Of a stretch of DNA of 64,000 bases, positions 34,784 through 44,179 are shown one piece after another. The notes beneath the pieces were generated by a model, which was not told the origin of the DNA, ran no database searches, and saw only the letters and a list, made by a program, of their open reading frames with translations. This DNA comes from a virus: positions 1-64,000 of the IMG/VR virus record IMGVR_UViG_3300010383_000008. One strand, written 5' to 3'. The translations under genes and the position numbers were made by a program. The number at the start of each line of letters is the position of its first letter. Position 1 is the first letter of the stretch.

Positions 34784-37700
34784 TGGCCCGCAGCCTGCGT
34801 GATCTCCTGCTGGCGCGTTCTCCCGCAGTGCCGGCGGTAGCTCCGCAGCAGCCGGCCCCGCTCACCGGCGCGCAGATCGACGAACAGAACGCCGCTGCCT
34901 ACCGGCAGAATCTGGCGCAGACCTCGCCGTTCGTCTCCGGCCTCAAGGAAGGCACGACCAACCTCGAAGGGTCGGTTGAGGCACTCGCCGGCCTCGGGCA
35001 AGGCGCTGTCGGTGACGTGCAGGGCGGTCGGTCGCGGCTGCGCCGCGCAGCGACCACGCTCCAGCAGGCACAGGACTACAGCACGCCGGAGACCGCCGAC
35101 CTCGCCGCCGCCTACAAGAGCGGCAACCTGCTGCGCTACGCCGAGCACCAGATCGGCGCGCTGACCCCCGGCATCGCCGCCACGGTGGTCCCGGCAGCGG
35201 TCACGGGCGGCGCCGGCGCGCTGGTACAGGGCGGGCTGCGGCGACTGGCGTTTGGGGCCGCCGAGGATGTGGCCGGCGGCGTGGCGAAGAAGGCGGCGCA
35301 GAACACGCTCGGTCGCGTCATCGGCGAGCAGGTCGGCGCGATCGGCTCGGGCGCGGCGCAGATGGCCGGCACCACGGCCGGCGCGGTCGATCCCAACGCT
35401 TCGGACGAGCAGTTCCAGGCGCAGTCGCGCAAGGCGCTGGCGGGAGCTGGCGGGCTCGGCGCGCTGATGGCGCTCCCCGGCGTCGCCCTGCTGCATCGTT
35501 ACGGCGTGGGCGCCGGCGCGGAAGCGGCCATCGCCAAGCGGCTGGGCGCGCCGCTGTATAAGCGGGTGCTGCGCGAAGGCGCCGAACAGGCGGCGATCGG
35601 TGGCGGTACTGGCGCGGCGCTGGTTGCGGCCGAGCACGCCACCCACGACTGGATCACCGGACACCCGAGCGCAGCGCCGGCACTGCCGGACTACATCAAC
35701 GCACTGGCCGCCGGTTCGCTCGGCGGCGCGGTGTTCGGCGCCCCGGCCGGGCTCAAAGGCGCCCGGGGCAAGGGCTTTGCCGAGCGCGCGAGCGGGCTGC
35801 GCGCCACCTTGGAACAGCGGTTCAAGGACGTACAGGCCAAGCGCGTCAAGCCCGGCGAAGAGATTCCGCTGGACGGCGGCAAGTCCGCCACCGAGCACTT
35901 CGACGACAACCTGACCGCGCTGCGCGATGACGACATGCCGCTGAAGGGCAAGGCGTTCAACGTCAGCAAGGACAACCTCCTCAACGGCCCGGCCGCCTCG
36001 CTGGTCGACCCGGCGCGTCAGCGCGCGCGCGACGCGTACTTCGAAGAGCGCGGCAACACCGCTTTCGCCGGCATCAAGAGCCCGACCGAGAAGCTGGTCG
36101 CCTCGATGCTGGACGACGGGCAGTACTCGGCCGACGCGATCCCGGGCATCAAGGCGACAGCCAAGGCGATCCGCGTCGGCTGGGATAAGCTCAACCCCAA
36201 GGAGCTGAACGCGGTCAGCGAGTTTCACTCGCGCCTGCCGGAAGACAAGCGGCAGCTGTTCGCCAACGCCCTGACCACGGCCAACGACATCACCAGCCGC
36301 AGCGGCTACGCCGGCCTCAAGGACGCCTCGGAGATTCCGTCGCTTCGCAAGCAGTACATGACGGACGAGAACGGCCAGCCGCTGCTGCGTACTGACGAGA
36401 ACGGCCAGCAGGTCAAAATCCCGGTGTCCGAGGACGTTGGCAGCGGCAACAAGCGCACCAAGGCCAGCGGGCTCTCCGACGAGGTCGCCGACCCCATCGC
36501 CGACCCGGGCATGCGCGACCGCGCCGGCCTGTCCACGCAGGAGAAAGACGCCCCGCTCGGCTACGTCGACCCGGACACCTGGGCCAAGGCGCAGTACTTC
36601 AAGAAGCGCGGTGGCCCGGCGCGCGGCACGCCGGACGAAGAAAACGTCCGCATGGTGCGCTTCAACAAGGATGGCGAGTCCTACTCGGTCGACTTCAACA
36701 TGAAGCAGGCCGCGTCCTCGCTCGCCAAGAGCGAGGAAGGCAAGGCGTTGCTCAACAGCCAGGGCGGCCCCAGTCGCCGGGTCAAGGCCGTCATGGGCGT
36801 GCTGACTGAAGCACTGGACCGCGGGTCGCCGATCCATCGCGGCGACATCCGCGAAGGGCTGCGCGTATTCCCCGGTGAGGACGGCGTGCTCAACGCCAAG
36901 GAAGCGGCCTACGTCCAGAAGGCGATGGCCAAGCGCTACGAAGGCACCCCCGGTGTCATCGAGACCAAGGGCCGCGCCGAGCCGAAGTCCACGCTGGACC
37001 TGCCGCAAACCAACGAAGTGCAGACTGCTGAGGGCGACCTGGCCGCGCGGCAGGACGACCAGTACAAGCTCGGCCCGGACCCGAAGAAGGTCCGCGGCGA
37101 AGAGCGCGCGATCGAGACCACGGCGCGCAAGGCCGCCCAAGCGGCCGGCGTACCGACGCGCGTCAACGGCCGTGCCCGCCCGCCCGGCGATATCTACGAA
37201 CACCTGCTGCGCCGCGCCAAGGACACCAAGGAGCGCGGCATCGCGATGGCGGCCATCCGTCGGCTGTCCGAGACCGACCCGGCACTGGCTGAGCACATCA
37301 GCGAGGCGCATGACAAGCTCGACGCGTTCAAGGCACGACAGAAAAAGGCCGCTGCTGCAACGACCAAGCCGAAGGAAACCCTGAAAACCCTCGAAGCGGA
37401 GGTCCCAGTCGCCGAGAAGTACGCGACCAGCCCGCCGAAGGACTTCACGGTCGGCGAGGCGCGCCAGCGCGCCGCGCGCATGGACGAAATCTACGCCAAG
37501 GCGAAGGCCAAAGCCGCCGAACTCGGCACCGGGCACGCGGCCTATGGCCGCCTGGACGACCTGCTCTCGGTTGCCAAGACCGCGGCCGACGCGCTGCGTC
37601 ACGTCGCCGACCAGCAGGAAGCGGCCGAGAAGCATTCACCGGAGCAGTACAAGGCCGACAACGACCTCTACACCAACAACGCCTCCGGCGAGTCCAGCGC

Positions 37701-40700
37701 ATCGGTCGAAGCGATCAACCGCCTGCGCGACGAGAAAGCCGCCGGCCAGTCGCGGATGCTGGTCGACCGCGACGGTTCGGTGCGCCCGCTGTTCGGCGTC
37801 GACGCCGTGGACACCTTCGCCCGCCCCGGCCAGATCATCGTGCAGCGCGGCATCGGCAAGGAGCCGTGGACGGTCATCAGCGACGGCACCGGCAGCAAGG
37901 AGCTGGCCCAGGGCAAGCTCAACGCTGCGCGCCGCGCGCTGGAAGCTGAGCACGCCGACCTGATGGCCGACGCCGACAAGGACGTGCCCAAGGGTTCTGC
38001 CGAGTCCGAGCGCCGCGCCGCCGCTATTGCCATGGCGCGCGACCTCGGTATCAAAAACCCCGAGCACTTCGTCGACCTGGCGACAGAGACCTCTCTCGCC
38101 GAGAAAGATCATAACGCGGTCACTCGCGACCCCGTCACCGGCAAGGACTTCACTGCCAAACAGCTGATGGAACAGCTGGCGAGCGAAGGCAAGCCCGACC
38201 TCGGCGACGAGTTCTCGCGCCGTCGCGGCTACACGCCCGAAGAAATCGCGCGTTACCACGAGTACCAGCGCGCCGCCGCCGAGGCTATCCGCGACGCTGG
38301 CGAGGACAACGCCGCGCATGTACACGGAGTCGCCGACGGCTCGCTCGATATCCCTGCCCCGTTCCGTGACGACGGCAAGCCCCCGGTCCAGCGTTCGATC
38401 GAGAAGGTCAAGGCGTCCAAGGGCTACCAGCAGGTCGCTAAGCTGGTCGAGCGCGTCGTGCGCGGCGGCAACGACCGCGTCAAGGAGCGCCAGCTGGTCA
38501 ACCGGCTGTCCAAGGCGTTCGGCGTCGACGCGCTGCCGGTGGTTGAGCATCAGGGCGGCCCGGCGGGCAAGTACGACGGCAAGGTCATCAGCCTGCGCAG
38601 CGACCTGAAGGGCGCACAGCGCCTGAGCACCATGTTCCACGAGTTCGGCCACCACCTGGCCGAGTCCAAGTGGGCCGGCGCCGACGAGAAGACCAAGGCG
38701 GCGCTGGAAGCGGACTACCAGGCGTGGCTGAAGGCCAACGGCAAGAAGACCAACAGCTTCGAGGTGCGCGCCAGCCGCGCGCCGTTCTTCGTCAACGAGC
38801 GCATCCTCGATGCCCTCGGCGGCGAGCGCGCGGCCTCGATGAAGGAACTGCCGGCTGACAAGGTCGCCTACCTGCTCTCGCGCGACGAGTACTTCGCCGA
38901 CTCCATCGCCCGCGCGCTGGAGCAGCACGAAGGCGTGCAGGGGCTGGTCGGAAAGTTCTTCGCGAAGCTGGCGCAGACCCTCAAGCTCACGTATGATCTG
39001 CTCCGTGGAACCGACCCCAAGCTTGCGGATACCCCTGCCGCAATCAAGGAATGGGTCCACAGTCTGTGGTCTGCTCAGGACCCCGACCTTGCCGCCCCCG
39101 CCGCCAAGCGTGACGCCCCCGAGTTGCGTACGGCGGCGGGGGAGGCACCTCGCCCCGCTTTCAATACCCCGTCGGACACCTCGACCCTGCTCTCGCCGGA
39201 AGACCGCGGCGTGCTGGCGTCCTTCATGCTGCGCAAGGGCACCATGGCGCAGCTGCTCGAAGGCGCCTCGCCGGAGATGGCCCGCCGGCTCCTGAGCTTC
39301 GGTACCCAGCTCGACGCGGCCGTCAACCGCGGCTTCGCGCTGTGGGCGACGGGTAAGCTCAAGCTCGTGGACAAGCGCACGCTGGCCGTGCTGCACGAGC
39401 TGCGCGACGTGGTCAAGAAGACCTTCGGCTTCGTCACCGACAAGCAGGTCGCCGAGCGCGTGCTCGCCGATCTGAAGGCTGGGCGCTACGATCCGAAGGA
39501 AAGCACCCGTCGCGTGCTCGAAAACGAAGCGCGCGCGGGCTTCCGCACCCGGATCAACGCCGGCGACACCAACGCCAAGATCGAAATGGCGATCCACAAG
39601 GCGGTCACCAAGACCACCCATCTGGTGCACGACAAACTCGGCCCGATCTACGAGCGTGTGTTCAACGATCTGGATCACCGTATCCGCGCCGCCAACGTCC
39701 CGGCGCTGCGCCAGCTGGCCGACCTCGTGCACCGTCAGACCGGTGAGCGCGGCGAAGGCGAGACCCTGACACAGTCGATCGCCCGCAACCGGGCCAAGCT
39801 CTGGGATCAGGCCACCAAGCTCACCGAGGGCTTGAGCCTGCGTGACCAGGCCAAGCTGATCAAGGCGCTGCGCACCAAGACCACGCTCGACGGTCCGCTG
39901 GAGAAGCGCCGGCAGACGATCGCCAAGTTCATGGGCGACATGCACCATTACCTGGAGATGGCTGGCGTCGAAGTCGGCCACATCAAGGACTACTGGCCGG
40001 TGGTGGTCGACCCGCGCAAAATCCAGAACCGCGAGGCGGACTTCCGCGCGATGCTCTCGGACCCGAAGCTCGAAGCGGGCATGCGCGCCTACTTCAAGTC
40101 CAAGGGCTGGGACACCGCGAAGATGACCCAGAAGGAGATGGTCGACGCCATGTACCGCATGGCAGCCAGCGAATTCGACTACTCGCAGAACGGCATCTCC
40201 TTCGCCGACGGGCTGCTGCCCGGCGGCCGGGAGTTCCGCACCCGCGTGTCGGAGTTCATCTACCGTACCGGCGACGCCGAGCTGATCAACAAGTTCGCCA
40301 AGTTCCAGTCCGGCAACCTGGAGCAGACGCTGATCCCGTACATCACCCACGCGGTGCGGCGCGCCGAGTCGCAGCGCCGGCTGGGCGCGATGAAGGACGA
40401 CGTGAATGGCTCGCCGTTGGAGCAGCTGCTCGACAAGGCCAAGCAGCAGGGCGCCGGCGAAGAGCAGATTCAGCTGGCCAAGGACTACGTCAACGCCGCG
40501 CTGGGTAGCTACGGCACCGGTCCGAACCCGTTCTTCCAGAAGGCGCTGGGCGCGTTCGACCGGGTGTTCGACACCAAGCTCGGCGACATGAATTCGGCGC
40601 AGTACCGCAAGCTGTCCAACGCGATCATCGCCTACCAGAACCTGCGCGTGCTGGGGCTGGGCCTGTTCGGCAACCTGGTCGACCCGCTGGGCGTGTGGGT

Positions 40701-41691
40701 GCGCTCGTCCTCGGCCAGCCAGACCTGGACCGGCTACAAGGCCGCGATGAAGGCCGCCTTCGCCAAGGGCGACAACCATCTGGCGGACATGGCCCACGTC
40801 GTGGGCGCCGTGGAGCGTCATGCGCTGGGCGAGGCACTGGCGTACAACTACGGCGGCACCGGCGACGATCTCAATTCGCTCTCGATGCGGGTCAACCGCG
40901 CATTGTTCCGTGTCAACGGCATGGAGTCGATCACCCGCTTCGCGCGCCTGGCCGCGACCGAGACCGCGAACAAGTTCCTGCTGCGCCACGCCAACGACCC
41001 GACTGCGCACTCGGCACGCTACCTCGACGAGCTGGGCCTGAAGCCCTCCGACATCAAGGAAGACCCCGAACACCCGGGCTACGTCAAGCTGAACGCGAAG
41101 GTCGAGAAGGCGATCTACCAGTTCGTCGACGAGTCCGTGCTGCGCCCGGTCGCGACCCAGCGCCCGCTGTGGCATAACGACCCGCACCTCGCCGTGTTGG
41201 CGCAGTACAAGGGCTACCTGTACTCGTTCTACAACACCGTCGTCCAGCGCATGCTGCACGAGGCGCATAACGGCAACTTCCGCGGGCTCATGCCGATCGT
41301 GGGGTACATGGGCGTGACCATGGCGGCCGAGATGATCCGCGAGATGGTGCAGTACGGCACCGGCGGCAACCCGCGGCGCAAGGACTGGGACGCGGCCGAT
41401 TACCTGGCCCTGTCGGCGGACCGTTCGGGGCTGCTCGGCCCGAAACTGGGCATCCTCGAAGACTCTCTGACCGACGTGGAGCGTGGTAACATCCCCGGTC
41501 AGAGCATCACCGGGCCGGCTGTTTCGCAGGCCGGCGAGCTGCTCAAGACGGTGGCGGGGCGCCGCTCGTTCGACACTACTGCGGTCCATGCCCTGCCCGG
41601 ACAGTCCATTTACAAAGGATGGCTTTCGCATGGCGACACCACAGGGGACGCAGCACAGCCCGGAGACGCACGAGCTCTCGCCGGCACCTGA
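34783..41691 (+). CDS. giant virion-associated multidomain protein, 2302 aa, with an HExxH zincin motif
   Basis: Start moved to ATG 34783 (MARSLRDLL). The first ~300 aa contain Gly/Ala-rich hydrophobic segments. MFHEFGHHLAE lies mid-protein. The position is that of podovirus internal/ejection proteins. Confidence 0.75.
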   Translation: MARSLRDLLLARSPAVPAVAPQQPAPLTGAQIDEQNAAAYRQNLAQTSPFVSGLKEGTTNLEGSVEALAGLGQGAVGDVQGGRSRLRRAATTLQQAQDYSTPETADLAAAYKSGNLLRYAEHQIGALTPGIAATVVPAAVTGGAGALVQGGLRRLAFGAAEDVAGGVAKKAAQNTLGRVIGEQVGAIGSGAAQMAGTTAGAVDPNASDEQFQAQSRKALAGAGGLGALMALPGVALLHRYGVGAGAEAAIAKRLGAPLYKRVLREGAEQAAIGGGTGAALVAAEHATHDWITGHPSAAPALPDYINALAAGSLGGAVFGAPAGLKGARGKGFAERASGLRATLEQRFKDVQAKRVKPGEEIPLDGGKSATEHFDDNLTALRDDDMPLKGKAFNVSKDNLLNGPAASLVDPARQRARDAYFEERGNTAFAGIKSPTEKLVASMLDDGQYSADAIPGIKATAKAIRVGWDKLNPKELNAVSEFHSRLPEDKRQLFANALTTANDITSRSGYAGLKDASEIPSLRKQYMTDENGQPLLRTDENGQQVKIPVSEDVGSGNKRTKASGLSDEVADPIADPGMRDRAGLSTQEKDAPLGYVDPDTWAKAQYFKKRGGPARGTPDEENVRMVRFNKDGESYSVDFNMKQAASSLAKSEEGKALLNSQGGPSRRVKAVMGVLTEALDRGSPIHRGDIREGLRVFPGEDGVLNAKEAAYVQKAMAKRYEGTPGVIETKGRAEPKSTLDLPQTNEVQTAEGDLAARQDDQYKLGPDPKKVRGEERAIETTARKAAQAAGVPTRVNGRARPPGDIYEHLLRRAKDTKERGIAMAAIRRLSETDPALAEHISEAHDKLDAFKARQKKAAAATTKPKETLKTLEAEVPVAEKYATSPPKDFTVGEARQRAARMDEIYAKAKAKAAELGTGHAAYGRLDDLLSVAKTAADALRHVADQQEAAEKHSPEQYKADNDLYTNNASGESSASVEAINRLRDEKAAGQSRMLVDRDGSVRPLFGVDAVDTFARPGQIIVQRGIGKEPWTVISDGTGSKELAQGKLNAARRALEAEHADLMADADKDVPKGSAESERRAAAIAMARDLGIKNPEHFVDLATETSLAEKDHNAVTRDPVTGKDFTAKQLMEQLASEGKPDLGDEFSRRRGYTPEEIARYHEYQRAAAEAIRDAGEDNAAHVHGVADGSLDIPAPFRDDGKPPVQRSIEKVKASKGYQQVAKLVERVVRGGNDRVKERQLVNRLSKAFGVDALPVVEHQGGPAGKYDGKVISLRSDLKGAQRLSTMFHEFGHHLAESKWAGADEKTKAALEADYQAWLKANGKKTNSFEVRASRAPFFVNERILDALGGERAASMKELPADKVAYLLSRDEYFADSIARALEQHEGVQGLVGKFFAKLAQTLKLTYDLLRGTDPKLADTPAAIKEWVHSLWSAQDPDLAAPAAKRDAPELRTAAGEAPRPAFNTPSDTSTLLSPEDRGVLASFMLRKGTMAQLLEGASPEMARRLLSFGTQLDAAVNRGFALWATGKLKLVDKRTLAVLHELRDVVKKTFGFVTDKQVAERVLADLKAGRYDPKESTRRVLENEARAGFRTRINAGDTNAKIEMAIHKAVTKTTHLVHDKLGPIYERVFNDLDHRIRAANVPALRQLADLVHRQTGERGEGETLTQSIARNRAKLWDQATKLTEGLSLRDQAKLIKALRTKTTLDGPLEKRRQTIAKFMGDMHHYLEMAGVEVGHIKDYWPVVVDPRKIQNREADFRAMLSDPKLEAGMRAYFKSKGWDTAKMTQKEMVDAMYRMAASEFDYSQNGISFADGLLPGGREFRTRVSEFIYRTGDAELINKFAKFQSGNLEQTLIPYITHAVRRAESQRRLGAMKDDVNGSPLEQLLDKAKQQGAGEEQIQLAKDYVNAALGSYGTGPNPFFQKALGAFDRVFDTKLGDMNSAQYRKLSNAIIAYQNLRVLGLGLFGNLVDPLGVWVRSSSASQTWTGYKAAMKAAFAKGDNHLADMAHVVGAVERHALGEALAYNYGGTGDDLNSLSMRVNRALFRVNGMESITRFARLAATETANKFLLRHANDPTAHSARYLDELGLKPSDIKEDPEHPGYVKLNAKVEKAIYQFVDESVLRPVATQRPLWHNDPHLAVLAQYKGYLYSFYNTVVQRMLHEAHNGNFRGLMPIVGYMGVTMAAEMIREMVQYGTGGNPRRKDWDAADYLALSADRSGLLGPKLGILEDSLTDVERGNIPGQSITGPAVSQAGELLKTVAGRRSFDTTAVHALPGQSIYKGWLSHGDTTGDAAQPGDARALAGT

Positions 41692-42214
41692 ACGGCTGAT
41701 CATCGGCATCTGCGGCGCCAAGCGCGCTGGCAAGAACACACTGGCTGATACGCTTAGCCTGTATCTCGGCCTCGCGCATCTGAGCTTTGCCGGTCCGCTA
41801 CGCTCGTGCGTGGCGGACATCCTCGGCATGGACATGGCCACGCTTGAAGCGGAGAAGGAAGTCCCCATCTCCTGGTTGGACGGAGTCACCCCCCGGCAGA
41901 TGATGCAGACCATGGGCACCGAGTGGGGGCGTACGATGGTGCATCCGGAGCTGTGGCTGCGTGCGTTGCTGCGGCGTATCCCGCCCACCGGCGCGATTAT
42001 CTCCGACGTCCGTTTCGAGAACGAAGCCAAGTTGATCAAGGATCATGGCGGCGTTCTGATCCGTGTAACCCGAACCGGTACTGGCGCAGGCGACGCGCAC
42101 ATCAGCGAGACGCCAGTCCCGGAGCAGTACGTTGACTACACCGTCGCCAACAACGGTACACCGGCCGAAATGGTCGACCGGGTGCTGACCTACATAGAAG
42201 GAGTGTTCGCATGA
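41630..42214 (+). CDS. deoxynucleoside monophosphate kinase (phage dNMP kinase family)
   Basis: P-loop GICGAKRAGKNT, MQTMGTEWGR, and ISDVRFENEAKLIKDHGGVLIRV. The only upstream start that keeps the P-loop is ATG 41630, which overlaps the giant gene by 62 nt. Confidence 0.75.
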   Translation: MATPQGTQHSPETHELSPAPERLIIGICGAKRAGKNTLADTLSLYLGLAHLSFAGPLRSCVADILGMDMATLEAEKEVPISWLDGVTPRQMMQTMGTEWGRTMVHPELWLRALLRRIPPTGAIISDVRFENEAKLIKDHGGVLIRVTRTGTGAGDAHISETPVPEQYVDYTVANNGTPAEMVDRVLTYIEGVFA

Positions 42215-42540
42215 ACCCGTACGAGCTGGAAGCGCGCGACAAGAACCCGTTCTACGTGCTGGACGCGGAGATCGAAGCGCGGATCAAGGACGTCGTGTAT
42301 GACGCAGTCGACTACGACAACGCCACGCGTTGCACCCTGACCTTCGACAATGGCTACCGCGTCATGGGTGTGGCTGACCGGCACCGGGACGAGATCGCCG
42401 AGACGATGGCCTTCCGCCGCGCGATGGAACACGCCCGCGACTGCTTCGAGTTCCAGAGGGCCGAGCGCTTGCAGTGGATGGAGCAGCAGGTCCGCGAATC
42501 CGGTGTCCTGGCTGCCACCGGTCAGCATGGTGGGCTCTGA
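42211..42540 (+). CDS. hypothetical protein, 109 aa
   Basis: ATGA overlap with the kinase gene. Last gene of the rightward block. Confidence 0.55.
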   Translation: MNPYELEARDKNPFYVLDAEIEARIKDVVYDAVDYDNATRCTLTFDNGYRVMGVADRHRDEIAETMAFRRAMEHARDCFEFQRAERLQWMEQQVRESGVLAATGQHGGL

Positions 42541-42580
42541 TCTGGCCGGGACATAGTTCGGCGATCCTCACCTAAGAGGC

Positions 42581-42611
42581 AAAAAGAAAGCCCCGCACTG
42601 CGGGGCTTTTT
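42581..42611. terminator. bidirectional rho-independent terminator between convergent blocks C and D
   Basis: AAAAAGAAA GCCCCGC act GCGGGGC TTTTT. Confidence 0.85.
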
Positions 42612-42615
42612 GCTG

Positions 42616-43017
42616 TCAGTCGATCGCTCCGTAGATGGCGGCACCTTCGGGGTGCGTTGCAGCGTAGTCGCGCAGCCAGTAGTACAGGTCGTGCATGTGG
42701 TCGCTGGGGTACTGCCAAGTCAGGGCGTTGAGTGCGAAGAGCGAGGCGATGATACCGGCGGCATCGGCCGAGACCGTACCTTCGTAGCCGTTGCTGGGAA
42801 TCTCGATGCGGTACGACCGGGTATCGCGCGGGGCGATGTACAGCCCGCCGTTGCTTAGGTCGTAAAAGTCCCAGAAGCCGCCACCGTAGTCCCCGGTCAT
42901 GGCGCGCATCTTGGTGTACGCATTGGCTTCGAACAGCAGGTACAGCGCGCCATCGGGGAATTTCTTCGGGAGAAACGCCAGGCGCTCCGCGCTAGGCACT
43001 ACGCTCGCGGTTATCAT
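42616..43017 (-). CDS. klcA: antirestriction protein, KlcA/ArdB family
   Basis: ..YGGGFWDFYDLSNGGLYIAP..EIPSNGYEGTVSADAAGIIASLFALN..YYWLRDYAATHPEGAAIYGAID closely parallels plasmid KlcA. Confidence 0.85.
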   Translation of the reverse strand: MITASVVPSAERLAFLPKKFPDGALYLLFEANAYTKMRAMTGDYGGGFWDFYDLSNGGLYIAPRDTRSYRIEIPSNGYEGTVSADAAGIIASLFALNALTWQYPSDHMHDLYYWLRDYAATHPEGAAIYGAID

Positions 43018-43277
43018 GGTGCGAGTCCTTCGCGGTGCGCGAAATCAGCCTCGACGTATGGTTCCTCGCCGTCGGTTGTCCAGTAGCCCAGGTCGAGGAT
43101 GTCTTCCTCGTCGATCTTATCCAGCAGGCTCTCTTCGCCGCGCGCTTGGTACCACGCGCGGTACTCGTCCAGGTCGAAGCGGGTGATCTCGGGGTAGCCC
43201 GTCCGCGCAGTGACTACGCCGGTGGTGCTGTCGATAGTCAGGTCGCCGTACGAGCCGCGGATTATGAAGCTGCTCAT
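43014..43277 (-). CDS. acidic hypothetical protein, 87 aa
   Basis: ATGA-coupled on both sides. By hand count about 20 D/E versus 7 K/R. Confidence 0.6.
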   Translation of the reverse strand: MSSFIIRGSYGDLTIDSTTGVVTARTGYPEITRFDLDEYRAWYQARGEESLLDKIDEEDILDLGYWTTDGEEPYVEADFAHREGLAP

Positions 43278-43564
43278 ACGTCGTCCTCGCTGTCCTCATC
43301 CTCGTCACTTGTAGGCAGATCGACCCATACCCACGCCAGCACATAGGCGCCGTCGTCGCTATCAGAGACGACCGTGGTGTCGTCGATCTCCAGCTCGCCG
43401 TCGCGGTGCTTTTCCTCCCACGCCTTCGACGCGTAGCGGTCTTCGTCGCGCTCGACGCCGAACGCTTCGATGCAGTCGTTGAAGGTCAGTCCTCGCTCCT
43501 TGAGCTTCGCCAGCGCGTCGCGGACTCCGCTGCGGAGCCCGCCGTTGTTCGGTGCCTCGTCCAT
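43274..43564 (-). CDS. strongly acidic hypothetical protein, 96 aa
   Basis: TAGGAGAGAGG RBS. C-terminal tail DLPTSDEDEDSEDDV. By hand count about 29 D/E versus 10 K/R. Confidence 0.65.
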   Translation of the reverse strand: MDEAPNNGGLRSGVRDALAKLKERGLTFNDCIEAFGVERDEDRYASKAWEEKHRDGELEIDDTTVVSDSDDGAYVLAWVWVDLPTSDEDEDSEDDV

Positions 43565-43573
43565 ACCTCTCTC

Positions 43574-43789
43574 CTAGTAAAGTTGGAATGCCCCGCGGGT
43601 GTGCCGGCGCGGCCGGACGTCCTTGATACACCACTTCCCGCGGGTCTGGAAAGCGTTCTCGGCCGCAACGCGCCACGGACCATTGAAATTCGGCGTGCAG
43701 ATGCGGTAGCGGTCACCGGCTTTGACCGCGGACAGCGTGGTCTTCTGGATGTCGATGTTGCCCCTGCGGATTTCGACCCACTCACTCAT
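43574..43789 (-). CDS. hypothetical protein, 71 aa
   Basis: ATGA overlap upstream. Confidence 0.55.
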   Translation of the reverse strand: MSEWVEIRRGNIDIQKTTLSAVKAGDRYRICTPNFNGPWRVAAENAFQTRGKWCIKDVRPRRHTRGAFQLY

Positions 43790-43995
43790 GCCGGCTCACC
43801 TAAGAGTTTGCGCAGCACTTTCGTCCGGTTTTGATCCGTACGGTAGTCGGATGCCGACTTGGATACCGTAAGCTGCGTGACCTTCCCGTCTGGTAGGGTC
43901 AACTGGTAAATGAAATGCTTCTTCTGCCGAAGCAACTCGAACTTGATACCTAGTTCCTTGAACTGCTGTTCGACGACGCGCTGACGACGGTCCAT
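43786..43995 (-). CDS. hypothetical protein, 69 aa
   Basis: Start moved to ATG 43995 (MDRRQRVVEQQF), 1 nt after the upstream stop. Confidence 0.5.
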   Translation of the reverse strand: MDRRQRVVEQQFKELGIKFELLRQKKHFIYQLTLPDGKVTQLTVSKSASDYRTDQNRTKVLRKLLGEPA

Positions 43996-43996
43996 A

Positions 43997-44179
43997 TCAG
44001 TACGGGCTCGGTACGTATTTGCAGTCGCGGATGAACCGCGCTTCGTCAAAGCCCTCCGTGCCGCGCAGCTCCTTGCAGAAACCGTCGATGGTGGCCTTAG
44101 CCGCCTCGGCACCTTCGGTCTTGCGCACATAGTGAACGATGTCCACCAGCGCCAGCCAGGAAATATCAATGTTTGGCAT
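43997..44179 (-). CDS. hypothetical protein, 60 aa
   Basis: Intact ORF in the operon orientation. Confidence 0.5.
   Translation of the reverse strand: MPNIDISWLALVDIVHYVRKTEGAEAAKATIDGFCKELRGTEGFDEARFIRDCKYVPSPY

Noticed and set aside
34783-41691. The giant virion protein might be an N4-like or crAss-like virion RNA polymerase.
   Set aside because: I could not find T7/N4-type motifs A, B or C, or a DxDGD two-barrel catalytic motif. Only an HExxH motif stands out. Profile searches are still worth running.
34711-42039. Very long minus-strand ORFs (974 aa and 1467 aa) lie antisense to the giant gene, and similar long antisense ORFs occur elsewhere (e.g. 7059-8300 plus, 18991-20472 minus, 31075-32997 minus, 47108-49447 plus).
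   Set aside because: These are typical shadow ORFs of a high-GC genome. Their translations are Arg/Gly/Ala/Leu-rich and low in complexity. They lack RBS or coupling signals, and the opposite strand carries recognisable motifs (polymerase, portal, terminase context).
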